Source: the human T2T-CHM13v2.0 reference genome, Homo sapiens
Strand: one strand, 5' to 3'
Length of the DNA: 64,000 bases
NCBI RefSeq assembly: GCF_009914755.1
Contig: NC_060937.1
Part shown: positions 12,992 to 23,900 of the stretch, in pieces
Layout: every line of letters begins with the position of its first letter
Position numbering within the stretch: the stretch's first letter is position 1
Made by a program: the position numbers and the translations under genes
The notes under the pieces: model-generated
Database searches by the model: none
What the model was told of the DNA's origin: nothing
The model's input: the letters and a program-made list of their open reading frames with translations, nothing else

Positions 12992-13640
12992 CTAACAGGG
13001 TGTAAACCATGTCGTTCGTGGAACCAGTGGGAAGATGCTGGCAACCAAAGGTTGAAAGCCTTGCAAAACCATCATGCAAACATGGAGTTGCCGTAAGCAA
13101 GAGAGCAAGAAATCAGTTAACATTTTAAACAAAATTGGAACAAAAGTAAAAGTTGAAAATATAATAATGACGGGTACTATTAAAGAGAGCAAGGCAGACA
13201 ACGGACATAGCTTTCATGTTCCCATGGAAGTTCCTAGAGATTCAATTTTGTCTGCCTGGGTGATGATATTATTAATATTTTCTTCGACTAAACCAGACTG
13301 ATTGATCTCAAAAACAGCATTCTTCTTTTAGATATAAACATGTTCCTCTTTACCCGGCTGGGAGAAGATCCCAGGCTCCTTGGTTTTGTCGGACTACAGT
13401 GGCCATGGAGTCCAGATGTTGTTGAAGTCTATTGAGGCCCTCTGCTGCCTGTTGGGGACACACTGAGATTTTCTGAGATAGTTTATACTGGATTCCCAAG
13501 GCTCCACCTTATGGTGACATTTGTGCTGCAAAGGAATTCTGCATTGAAATGGTGAAAGCAGCAAAAGTTTTAAGTCTTTTCTATTTTTTGCCAATAAGCA
13601 AAAGTTTTCTGCAGCTACGTGGTCAGCAGTCATTGGGTCC
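12992..13640 (-). pseudogene. env: Retroviral env transmembrane-subunit remnant
   Basis: Minus-strand translation LQQHLDSMATVVRQNQGAWDLLPAG*RGTCLYLKEECCF, a frameshift, EINQSGLVEENINNII, then hydrophobic LLSLIVPVIIIFSTFTFVPILF. This gives an immunosuppressive-like domain, a CX6CC motif and a membrane anchor, with stops and frameshifts. Confidence 0.85.
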
Positions 13641-13649
13641 ATTTATGGA

Positions 13650-14421
13650 TGGTGAAGTTGAATGGTGGTCAAAGTTAGAGCCTGGAAGGCTTCAGTAAAT
13701 GCGCTGAAGTTCTTTGGGAGCCATCAGAGCTGTTGCTTGCATTGGATTAGATCATTTATTGAGAAGAGAACAAGCACTCTGATGGTCCTCTCTCCATTTG
13801 GGACTTTCTGTAAGCGGATCAAATTCTCTGGCCCTGCATGGTGTGAAGTTCCACCGCGAGTAACTACAGCTGGGCTGCTCACTATTGTACCTGGCAAAGG
13901 CTGATAGAGAGGAGCATAAGGAGGAGGTGAAACAAGCTTAGATTCTACAGAAGACTCTGATAGTGTGGGGATGCTGCGGATTCTACAGGAGGTGTAGGCC
14001 CTTGAGAGTCCCTATCTGGAGCTGGTGTTGGGCTGTTGGGTCTGGGGTCCCTTCCCCTTAATAAGAGATGATCTTCTAATGCTTCTGAGGGGCTTTGTGG
14101 CTTACTAGGCTTTAGCCCACAGGTGCTGCATAGAGCTGGGTTTTGTTGTCAGGCCATAAAGGTTTGCACATAGGATATTTCAGACCATTTTCCCTGATTT
14201 CTACAGAAAAGATCTAGCTGTAGGAGGGTGTTAAAGTTCACAGTCTCATTCCCCAGCCATGTTTTGTGAGCTAATCTGTATGCAAGCTAAATAGTATTAC
14301 AAAAGAAGATAAGTTTTTTCTTTTCTTTTTTTTTTTTTGGTTCATCTAGCCAAAAGCTGTTTCAATTTTTAAATATACATCCCAGGGGTGTTTCAATGAC
14401 AGTAGAGGAAGCGGCTCCCAT
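13650..14421 (-). pseudogene. gag: Retroviral gag (MA to start of CA) remnant
   Basis: ATG at 14421: MGAASSTVIETPLGCIFKN*..KLIFFCNTI*..NFNTLLQLDLFCRNQGKWSEISYVQTFM..SPPPYAP. Typical of HERV-H/W/F-type Gag, including the PPPY late domain; multiple stops. Confidence 0.85.
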
Positions 14422-15290
14422 GGTGCCGACGGAATCTTGCAACGTCAGAACATGTACTAAAGTCCAGGAGGCCATGGGCATCACAATGGGACAAGTGGAA
14501 CCACCAAGGTGTCCAGCACAGCCCCTCGAGACCCCATTAACTGAAGCTCTAGGAGGTCATAGGCATGTGCCATACACCGTCCTATCTCTCACAAGCGCTG
14601 CACATCTCCAGCCGTGCCGAGATGACCCCCACTGCTGGCTGGGGGGCAGATGTCTGGCTGACAAGCCTTTCCCTAATTTACTGGTTTGCAATTTATGATG
14701 CCGAATTATGACACCTGCAATGCTCAGATTCAAACCCCACGACCGGGCATCTACATGACTTTGAGTCGTTTGTTCAGCAAAGAAAACCTGTTGAAGAACA
14801 ATTTCAAGGAGGTGGGAAATGCATAAAGCCTGAAGGGACAGGGTTCTCTTAATATTCCACTCAAAACAAAACAAGACAAAACTGTAAACAGAAAACCCGA
14901 TCAGAAAATAAAGTACAATAGCCACTAGGTGGCGATCGAGTATTGCCGAAGGGACAGCAAACGATAAGCTGAGTCTGAAGTGTGGCCAGAAAGATGTGAA
15001 ACTAAGCAGCAAACTAGCCCGAATATGAAATGTTGAGAGCAACCCATGCGGTGAGTGTCATTTATGGATAGTACAGATGCAGCAGCCAAAAGGAGAGCAG
15101 ACATATATTCTCTCTCTAGAGAATATAGGTGATTTAAACACGTTTCCCCCAGAACTTTAGTGAAACAGCGCTGGAACAACCAGCGATAGTTAACCAGGTA
15201 GTCTGGAAGTGCCATAGTATTCACTGCAAGAAAAGGGAAACTGAAATTAATGAAGCAGACAAACCTCTCTCCGGGCCATGGCAAAAGAAA

Positions 15291-15773
15291 TGTTGATGGC
15301 TGATGTAATACCTTGGTTCTTATCTTCTTAGCTTAAAAGAATTTAAACAGGAAACATGCAGCAAAAGAAGTACAGCATAGAGTAATTTATTGCACACAAA
15401 AAAGAAAAGAATACGTTGAAAATCAAGTGCAGAATAGACGGTACAGTCTGAGAAAGAGATTCCAGGGCAGCCTGCTCATAAGAGTGAGACAGCATTAATT
15501 GTTGCTGGAGAAACCCTCCTTCTGGGAGTTTTACATGATTATTCATAAGAAGGTGGAAAGAAGTGTTATAGAAGGCATGCTTTGAGTGGTCTTCTGGGTG
15601 CACATGTGCAGTAGCTGTACATATTTTTGCATATGTTTCATGTCTCATTAGCATGCAATGACATTTCACCCAGGAATGTGTTTTTACTTGTTAAAATGAG
15701 CAAAGGTTCAGCTTGAAGACAGATAAAATCAAAATGCACATGCTCTCTAGACGTAAAAGTCCCTACTGAAGAT
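15291..15773 (-). mobile_element. ERV1 5' LTR (LTR19-like), truncated in U3
   Basis: Collinear with 11958-~12735. Followed on the minus strand by a degenerate PBS (TTTCTTTTGCCATGGCCCGGA, His/Phe-tRNA-like) at ~15270-15290. Lacks the terminal ~120 bp present in the other LTR. Confidence 0.8.
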
Positions 15774-16069
15774 AGTGGGTTTCAAACGACCCCAAGTGCT
15801 CCACAACTTAAAAGTCGCTCCCACGAACCTGGAACACTATCTGTTCCTGAGGGATCAGGTCCCATTTGTGTCTCTGAGACACTGGCAAGTGAGGCACGAC
15901 TTGGGATGAGACCGATGATTTTAATTGTAAAATGCCTAAATAGTCAGCAGCTTCAGGTTACATTTTGGAGCTTGTCCACTTAAATGGGTTGATGAAAATG
16001 GCTCACAAAACTCACGCCTTGGAAAGCGGGTTTTCTCCCTTGCTCTTAGATTTTCTGCAACCCATTAAA

Positions 16070-16700
16070 CTAACTTCCTGATGCCTCGACTTTCACATTC
16101 GTGAAAAAGGCGCCATTGAGAGTGACGTTTCCAGGAAGGCTCAGCCCTTGTCAGCCCCTGCAGAGCTCTGAAGCTGTTCACAAGCAGGCCATGTGGAAGA
16201 TTTCTCTCAAAAGCCATTGAGCACGCGCTCTGGCTAGAGAAAAAAGAGGGCTGCTGCACAATGGACAGTGTCTCAGACATCAGGACAGTTTCCACAGTAA
16301 TTTAGGAAAAAAGGCAGTGCCCTGAGCTGCAGAAGGTGCAATGCTCTGGAAGGAACCCTGGGTGCAGCTGAAAGAGGAACCTGAGAAGCATAGGGCCAAT
16401 CGGGTGAGGATAACCCGCCTGATTTGGGCAAAGGTAAGGTGCCTACATAGGGTAATACCCTCCTCAATGCTCAGCCCAGACCTGTCCTCCAGGTCCACCT
16501 CTGTACTCACTCTCTGTGGCAAAGAGTCGGCATAGCATAAGAACTCAGCAATGCTTTGGACACTGGGAAGTCCACACCGCTCTGTCCCTCCCTCCAGGTC
16601 TATGCACCCCGGATCCCGGTATATGCTGAGATTATGGTTCTGAAGCCCACCGACAAATAGGCTGAGAGCAGTTAACGGACTACAGCTCCCAGCATATTAG
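16070..16700. promoter_or_regulatory. Candidate promoter / first-exon region next to the satellite array
   Basis: Clustered ACTTCCTG (ETS-like), GGCGCCATT (YY1-like), GTGACGT (CRE half-site), TTCCAGGAA, GCCAATC (CCAAT), splice-donor-like AAG|GTAAGG at 16433/16434 and GGACTACAGCTCCCAGCAT at ~16677. Motif evidence only. Confidence 0.3.
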
Positions 16701-17861
16701 GTGGGGCATGTACAACTTTGCCCCTTCTTCCAGGGCTATGCCTTACCCCGGAGACTGGCGCATGCTGGGATTGTAGTCCTGTAGCCATTTGACCAAAGGG
16801 CTGGGAGTGTTTATGAGAATACAACTCCCAGCAATCCTAGGGAGGAGCACACAGCCCCGCCTCTTCCCCCAGTGATACGCATTGTCCCTGAGACAGGTGC
16901 ATGCTAAGATTGTAGTCCTGAAGCTCTGCGACCAAAGGGCTGGGAGTGTTTATGAGCATATATCTCCCAGCAAGCCTAGGAAGACGCACACAGCCCCGCC
17001 TCTTTTTCCACTGACGCGGACTGTCCCTGACCCCAGTGCATACTGGGATGGTAGTCCTGCATCCCTGTGATGAAAGTTCTGGGAGTCTCCATGAAACTAC
17101 CTCTCCCAGGAAGCAGAAGGAGGGGTCCACAGCCTAGCCTTTTCCTCCAGTAATGCGCACTGTCCCTGAGCTGGGTGCATGCTGGGATTGTAGTCCTGCA
17201 GCCCGGTGATGAAAGGTCTGGGAGTGTTTATGAGACTACATCTCCTACCAAGCCCAGGAGGTGCACACAACCCTGCCTCTTTCTCCAGTGACGCCAACTT
17301 TCCCTGAGCCCGGTGCATGCTAGGATTGTAGCGCTGCAGCCCTGTGACAAAAGGGCTGTGAGTGTTTATGAGACTGCATCTTCCACCAAGCCCAGAGAGG
17401 CGTGCAGAGCCTCGCCCCTTCCTCCACTGATTAGCGCATGCTCCCTCAGTCCCATGCATGCTAGGATTGTAGTGCTGCAGCCCTGTGACCAAAGGGCAGC
17501 CCAGTGACCAAAGGGCTAAGAGTGTGTGAGAATACATCTCCGAAAAAGCATAGCGAGAAGAGCACAGGTCCACTTCTTCCTCCACTGAGGCGCGCTCTCC
17601 CTGAGCACGGTGCATGCTGGGATTGTAGTCCTGAAGCCCTGTGACAAAAGGGCTGGGAGAAATAATGAGACTACATCTCCCAGAAAGCCCAGCGAGACGC
17701 ATGTACCCCTTTCTCTTCCTCCATTGAGGCGAACTGTCCCGGTGCCCCGTGCATGCTGGAATTGTAGTCCTACAGCTATGTGATGAAAGGGCTGGGATTG
17801 GTTATCAGAATGCATCTCCCAGCAAGCCCAGCGAGGCACGCACAGCTCCACGTCTTCCTCC

Positions 17862-17906
<45 letters not shown>

Positions 17907-19724
17907 CCCTGAACTCGCTGCATGCTGGGATTGTAGTCCTGCAGCCCTGTGACCAAAGGGCCAAGAGTGTTTATGAGACTACATCTCCCAGAAAACGTAG
18001 GGAGAGGCACACAGCCCCACATCTTTTCCCAGTGACGCATACTGTTTTTGATCCTGATACATACTGGGATTGTAGTCCTGCAGCCCTATGACAAAAGGTC
18101 TGAGAGGCTTTATGAAACTACATTTCCCAAGAAGCGCAGCGAGGTGCGCAGAACCTTCCCATCCTTATCCAGTGAAGGGGAATGTCCGTGAGCCCCAAGC
18201 ATGCTGGGATTGTAGTCTTATAGCACTGTGAGCCAAGGGTAGGGAGAGGACACGAGACTACATCTCCGAGAAAACCTAGGGAGACGCACACAGCCCCACA
18301 TCTTTTCCCAGTGACGCATGCTGTTTTTGATCCTGATGCATTCTGGGATTGGAGTCCTGCAGTCCCGTGACAAAAGGTCTCAGAGTCTTTATGAAACTAC
18401 ATTTCCTAGCAAGTGCAGCGAGGTGCACACAACCTTCCCCTCATTCTCCAGTGATGTAGACTGTCCGTGAGCCCCAAGCATGCTGGGATTGTAGTCTTAT
18501 AGCACCGTGACCAAAGGACAGGGAGAGGCCATGAGACTACAACTCTCAGGAAACCCAGCAAGGCGCACACTGCCCGGCCTCTTTCTCCTTAGACTAGCGC
18601 ACTGTCACTGAGCTGGGTGCATACTAGGAATGTATTCCTGCAGCCCTGTGAGCAAAGAGCTGGGAGTGTTTATGAGAATACATCTCCCAGTACTCCCAGG
18701 AGGTGCACACAGCCCTGCCTCTTCCTGCAGTGACTAGCGCACTGTCCCTGAGCTGGGTGCATGCTGGGATTGCAGTCCTTGGCGATCTATGACCAAAGGG
18801 CTAGGAGTGTTAATGAGACTACATCTCCCAAAAAAGCAGAGTGAGAAGCGCACAGCCCTCCCTCTTCCTCCAGTGACGTGTGCTGTCCCTGAGCCCAGTG
18901 CATGCTGGGGCTGGAAGTGTAGTCCTTCAGCCCTGTGACGATAGGGCTGCGAGGATTTATGAGAATACATCTCCCAGCAAGCCCAGCGAGTAACAAACAA
19001 CCCCGCCTCTTCCTCCAGTGACGCGCAATTTCCTTGAACCCGGTGCTGGCTGGGAGTGTAGTCCTGCAGCCCTGTGACCAAAGGTTTGGGAGTATTTATG
19101 AGAATACATATCCCACCAAGCCCAGCGAGACGTGTACAATCCCTCCTCATCCTCCAGTAACGCGCACTATCCTTGATCTTGGTGCATACTGGGATTGTAG
19201 TTCTGCGGCCCTGTAATGAAAGGTCTGGTGACTTTATGAAACTACATCTCCCAGCAAGCCAAAGGAGGCACACAAAGCTTTGCCTCTTCATCCAGGCACA
19301 CGCACTATCCCTGATCCCGGTGCATGATGGAAATGTAGTCCTTCAGCCCTGTGACCAAAGGGCTGGGAGTGTTTATGAGACCGCATCTCTCAGCAACTAA
19401 AGCAAGGCCTGCACAGCCCCGCCTTTTCCTCCAGTGACGCTCACTGTTCACTAAGGAGTGTTCATGAGATTACATTTTCCAGCAAGCCCAGCGAGTTATG
19501 CACAGCTCTACCTCTTCTTCTAGCGACGCGCACTGTCCCTGATTCCGTTGTATGCTGGGATTGTGGTGCTGCAGCCCTGTGACAAAGGGGCTGGGAGTCT
19601 TTATAAGACTACATCTCCCAGCAAGCCCAAGAGGCTCTCACAGCCATGCACCACCCCCTCCCGCCCCACTTTTCCTTCAGTGACGCGCACTGTTCCCTGA
19701 ACATGGTGCATACTGGAATTCTCC
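16600..19724. repeat. ~140-bp GC-rich tandem satellite, ~22 monomers (ACRO1-like)
   Basis: CATGCTGGGATTGTAGTCC variants recur at ~16760, 16900, 17039, 17178, 17316, 17457, 17613, 17752, 17921, 18060, 18200, 18339, 18479, 18620, 18760, 18901, 19047, 19185, 19324, 19551, 19709. The array is certain; the family name is from recall. Confidence 0.85.
17866..17904. repeat. (AC)n microsatellite within a satellite monomer
   Basis: 39-nt perfect AC repeat replacing the monomer's GACGCGCAC segment. Confidence 0.95.
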
Positions 19725-20347
19725 TGTTGCGGGATTCAGGAGGACGAGACAGACCTCAGGTTGAAACAGGAGAATCTTTATTGAGTGCACTCAGGACCAG
19801 CTGACTCACGTCAAAAAGACCGGGCCCGGAACACAGACAACACCTGACTTTTATACACACTTCACAAAAGGGGGTGGGCTAGCTTGAAGCGAGCTTACAG
19901 TGGCGTGAAAGCAGGAATACAGAGGCAGGACAAAGACAGGATTGCACATGACCGTTGCCAAGCAACCCACATGTCCATTATCTAGGTTTCCCTGGGCATG
20001 GGCTTATCCTATAACCCTCACTATGGTGCCCAAACAGCTGTAGTTCAGCCTACTCAGGCTTCTCATGACTTTCATTGTACTTCTTCGATAAAACACAATA
20101 CTTGAAGTCACTAGTTACAGAGAACAAGAATCTATAAACTCATTCCATAAAACAAAGGGAATTTGTTTTTCTTTTCCCTGTGTTGGGGGAGTGTTGGGAG
20201 AACCTCCAGAGCACATTACATAATATTATCAAGAATTTTCCTGGGTCTGGGCTGTGCCTATTGCTGCCTCTGGGACAAATCAGCCTAATACAAGAAAACT
20301 TATTTCTCTTTCCTTTTAATTTCATTTTTCTTTAATTTCCTTCCTTA
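19725..20347 (-). mobile_element. Solo ERV1 LTR (LTR15-like)
   Basis: 623 bp; on the minus strand TATAAAA, AATAAA and a ...CCCGCAACA terminus; approximate 4-bp TSD CTCC/GTCC; the satellite monomer resumes at 20348. Confidence 0.75.
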
Positions 20348-20381
20348 GTCCTGCAGCCCTGTGACCAAAGGACTGGGAGTG
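20348..20381. repeat. Terminal remnant of the ~140-bp satellite monomer
   Basis: GTCCTGCAGCCCTGTGACCAAAGGACTGGGAGTG continues the monomer interrupted at 19724. Confidence 0.9.
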
Positions 20382-20984
20382 CACAGTTACACATCTGTTC
20401 ACTTGTCATGAGACTGTTTTCCTTTAACCCCATGAACATACTTACCATAGCTTCTTTCAAATCTTACCTACCGATTACAGCATCTTGCACATCTTGAGAA
20501 TAGGTTCTATTGTCTGCTTTTTATCTTGTGAATCGATTACATTTTCATCCTTCTTCACGCATCTCATAAATTTTTAAATTGTGTGATAGGAATTACAGGG
20601 ACTCTGGCTTCTGTTGTATTTCTTTGAAAATTATTATTTTATGAGGGAGTTAATTTGAATAGATGCAAACCCCAATCCTTATCTCTTCTACAGTGGCAAT
20701 ACTAAAATCTTCATTCAGTTCTTCTAAACAGTGTGCGTTTCTATATAGCAAAATATAGTATTTTATTAAACTTTATTATAGTATATGTGAAACAGTTATT
20801 GAACAATCTACTCTACTTCATTATTACTGGAAGCCAGAACCTCAGTTGTGTTCACTTTCTGGATTTTATATAAGTGAAATTGTACAACATGTATACTTTT
20901 ACATCTACTTTCTTCTATGCAACTTTATATTTATGATATTAATTCATCCTATTGCAGATAGCTATAGTTTGTTTATTTAAAAAA

Positions 20985-23900
20985 TATTTTTTATATTGTG
21001 GCAAAGTATACATAAAATTAACCATTTTAGCTATTTTAAGTGTGCAGCTCAGAAAAATTAACTACACTCACATTGTTTTGCAACTATTATTCTCATTCAT
21101 AGGGACCTTCTTTCAACTTCCAAAACCAAAATTTAATGCACATTAAATAACAGCTCCCTGTTACTCCCCCTCCAGCTCCTAGGAACCACTCTTCTACTTG
21201 GATTTCTAGAATTTAACTACTCTAAGTATCTCATAAGTGGAATGATACAGTATTTGTCCTTTTATGACTGGCTTATGTCACTTTGCACAATGTCCTTAAG
21301 GTTCATGCATAACGTACCATGTGTCAGAATTTTCTTATTTTACATAACTGAATAACGTTCCAATATATGTATAAATCACATTTTATTTATTTATTCATTG
21401 ATGATAATTCAAACAACACGGGTAATTCACAAACCTTTTGGGTGATGTGAGTAATGCTGCCATGAGCCTAGGTGTACGTGTATTATTTTGTGTCTTTGCT
21501 TTCACATCTTTTGCTACATACCCAGATGTGAAATTGTGGGATCATATGGTGACTTTTGGTGTACATTTTTTAGTTATTATACTGTTATTTTATAGCAGCT
21601 GCAACATTTTACATTTCCAACAACAGTGTACAAGGGTTCTAATTGCTCCACGTCCTCACCAACACTTGTGATTTTCTGTTTTGTTTTGTTTCTTTTGGTA
21701 GTAACTATGCTGATGTGTATTAAGTGATATATCATTTGGAGTTATATTTGCATTTTACTAATGATTAGTTTTGTTGAGCACCTTTTCATGGACTTATTAG
21801 CCATTTCACATAATTTTTAAAGAAATGTCTGTTTAAGTATTTTGCCCATATTTTAAACAAGTATTTTGTTTTATTATTGCTGAATTGTTCTTTGTATATT
21901 CTGGATAGAGTCCTCTTTATTTTTCTTTTGTTTCTTGCATTTTTTGTGTCCTGTTAAAAAAAATCACTGCGAAATCCAGCGTTATGACATGTTTTACCTA
22001 CATTTTATACTAAGAATTTTGTAGTTTTAGCTCTTACATTTAGGTTTTTGTCGAGTTAGTTAATTTTTTCTTATGGTATAAGTTAAGGGAACAGTTTCAC
22101 TCTTTTACATGTAGGTACCCAATTTCCCCAGCACTAACTGTTGTAAAGGCAGTTCATTTCCCATAAAAATCATTTGACCATATATATGAGGGTTTATTTA
22201 TATTGGCTTTCTATATTACTCCATTAGTCTATTTGTAGCATGCTATTTTGGAATTTTGTAGTAAGTTTTGAAATCATTAAGTGTGACTTCTCTAACTTTG
22301 GTATTTTTTTTTCAAAATTATTTTTGCAATTTAGGGTCCCTTGAGATTCCTCATAAACTTAAAAATTGATTTTTTAATATCTACACAAAATAATTGGCAT
22401 TTTGCTTCTTGGTTACTTCCTAATTTTATTCTTTTGATGCTATTGTAAATTGAGTTGTTTTCATAATTTTCTTCTCAGATTATTCGTATTACTACATAAA
22501 ATACAGTTTATTTTTCTATGTTGATTTTGTATGCTACTACTCTGCTGAATTTATTAATTTTAATATTTTTTGTGTGGAATCTTTAAGATTTTCTACATAA
22601 AAGAATATATTTTCTGTACACACTTTGATGAAGTTTATTTCATTGTCTTTTTTAATTTCTCTGAATGAAACTTCTAATACAGTGTTGAATAAAAGTGGCT
22701 GGCAAGAGCAGACATTCTGTCTTCTGAGCTTAGACGAAATAATTTTGGTCTTTTCCTCTAGAACATGTAGTTTGCTGTGGGTTTTTATACGTGAATTTTA
22801 CAAAGATGGTTTTCTTTTATTCGTAATTTATTGTTTTTATTATAAAATATTTTGAATTTTGTAAAATACATTTTCTGTATTAATGAGATAATGTTTTCTA
22901 AAAATTTTGTTAATGTGTCATATGCATTGATTATTTTTCATATGCTAAAACTTTTGTTAAGAAAGGCTAGCTAAGTGAACCAGTGAGACTGGAAAAAGAA
23001 TAAAGAAATCTATTCTGGTTGTGATCAATTAGTTGTAAACACCATTGCACTGAAACCAGCCATACGCTAAATCTTCCTTACATTCCAGTAATAAATTCCC
23101 CTTGGTCATGGGGTGTAATCTTGCTAGTATGCTGCTGAATGTGGTTAGCTAGGATGTTGCTGAGTAGTTTTGCATCCGTGTTCATAAGGGATATTAGTCT
23201 ATGGGTTTTTGTAGTCTCTTTGTCTGGCTTTGGTATGAGCTAATGCTGGCATCATGGAATAAGTTTGGAACTGCTCTCTTCAGGATTTTGGTAGATTTTG
23301 GAAAGGATTTTTGTTCTATAAATGCTTGATCTACATCACCAGTGAAGCCAACAAAACAAGGGCTTTTCTTCATGAGAGGTTTTTAATTACTGATTCCATT
23401 TCCTTAGTAGTTTTCTATCTATTCAGATTTTGTATTTCTTTGTAATCAAGTCTTGCATAAGTAGGAATCTGCCCACTTTATCTAGGTTTTCCAATTTATC
23501 ATCCTATCATAGTTCACAGTACACTTTTTTAAACATTTTATTTCTTTGAATTAGTAGTAATGTCCCACTTTCATTACTCATTTTAGTATGTGAATATGCT
23601 GTTAATTTTTCGTGTGTGTAGCTGAAGTTTTGCCAATTGTTAATTTTTTGAAGAACTGAGAGTGAACTTTTGGTTTTTTGGAATTCTGTTGTTTGTGTAA
23701 TCTCTATTGCATTTATCTCTGCTAAAATCTTCAATACTTTCTTCTTTCTCTTTGCTTTGCATCTAATTTGGTGTTATTTTTCTAATTTACTAGGTGATAA
23801 AGTTATTATTTATTTGAAATCTTTGCTCTTTTTAAATGTATCTTAGCTGCAAACTTTTCATCTTAACACTGTTTTTGCTGTTTCCCATAACTTTTGATAT

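Noticed and set aside
12992-13642. Possible co-opted syncytin-like env
   Set aside because: No SU or signal peptide, an in-frame stop next to the immunosuppressive domain and a frameshift after CX6CC.
17097-19291. Long minus-strand ORFs (201, 174, 185 aa) with repeated GLQDYNPSMH
   Set aside because: Translation of a GC-rich satellite; frames break between monomers and there is no coding evidence.
16600-19724. CRISPR-like appearance (palindromic repeats at regular spacing)
   Set aside because: The intervening segments are homologous to each other rather than unique spacers, there are no cas genes, and the context is primate. This is a tandem satellite.
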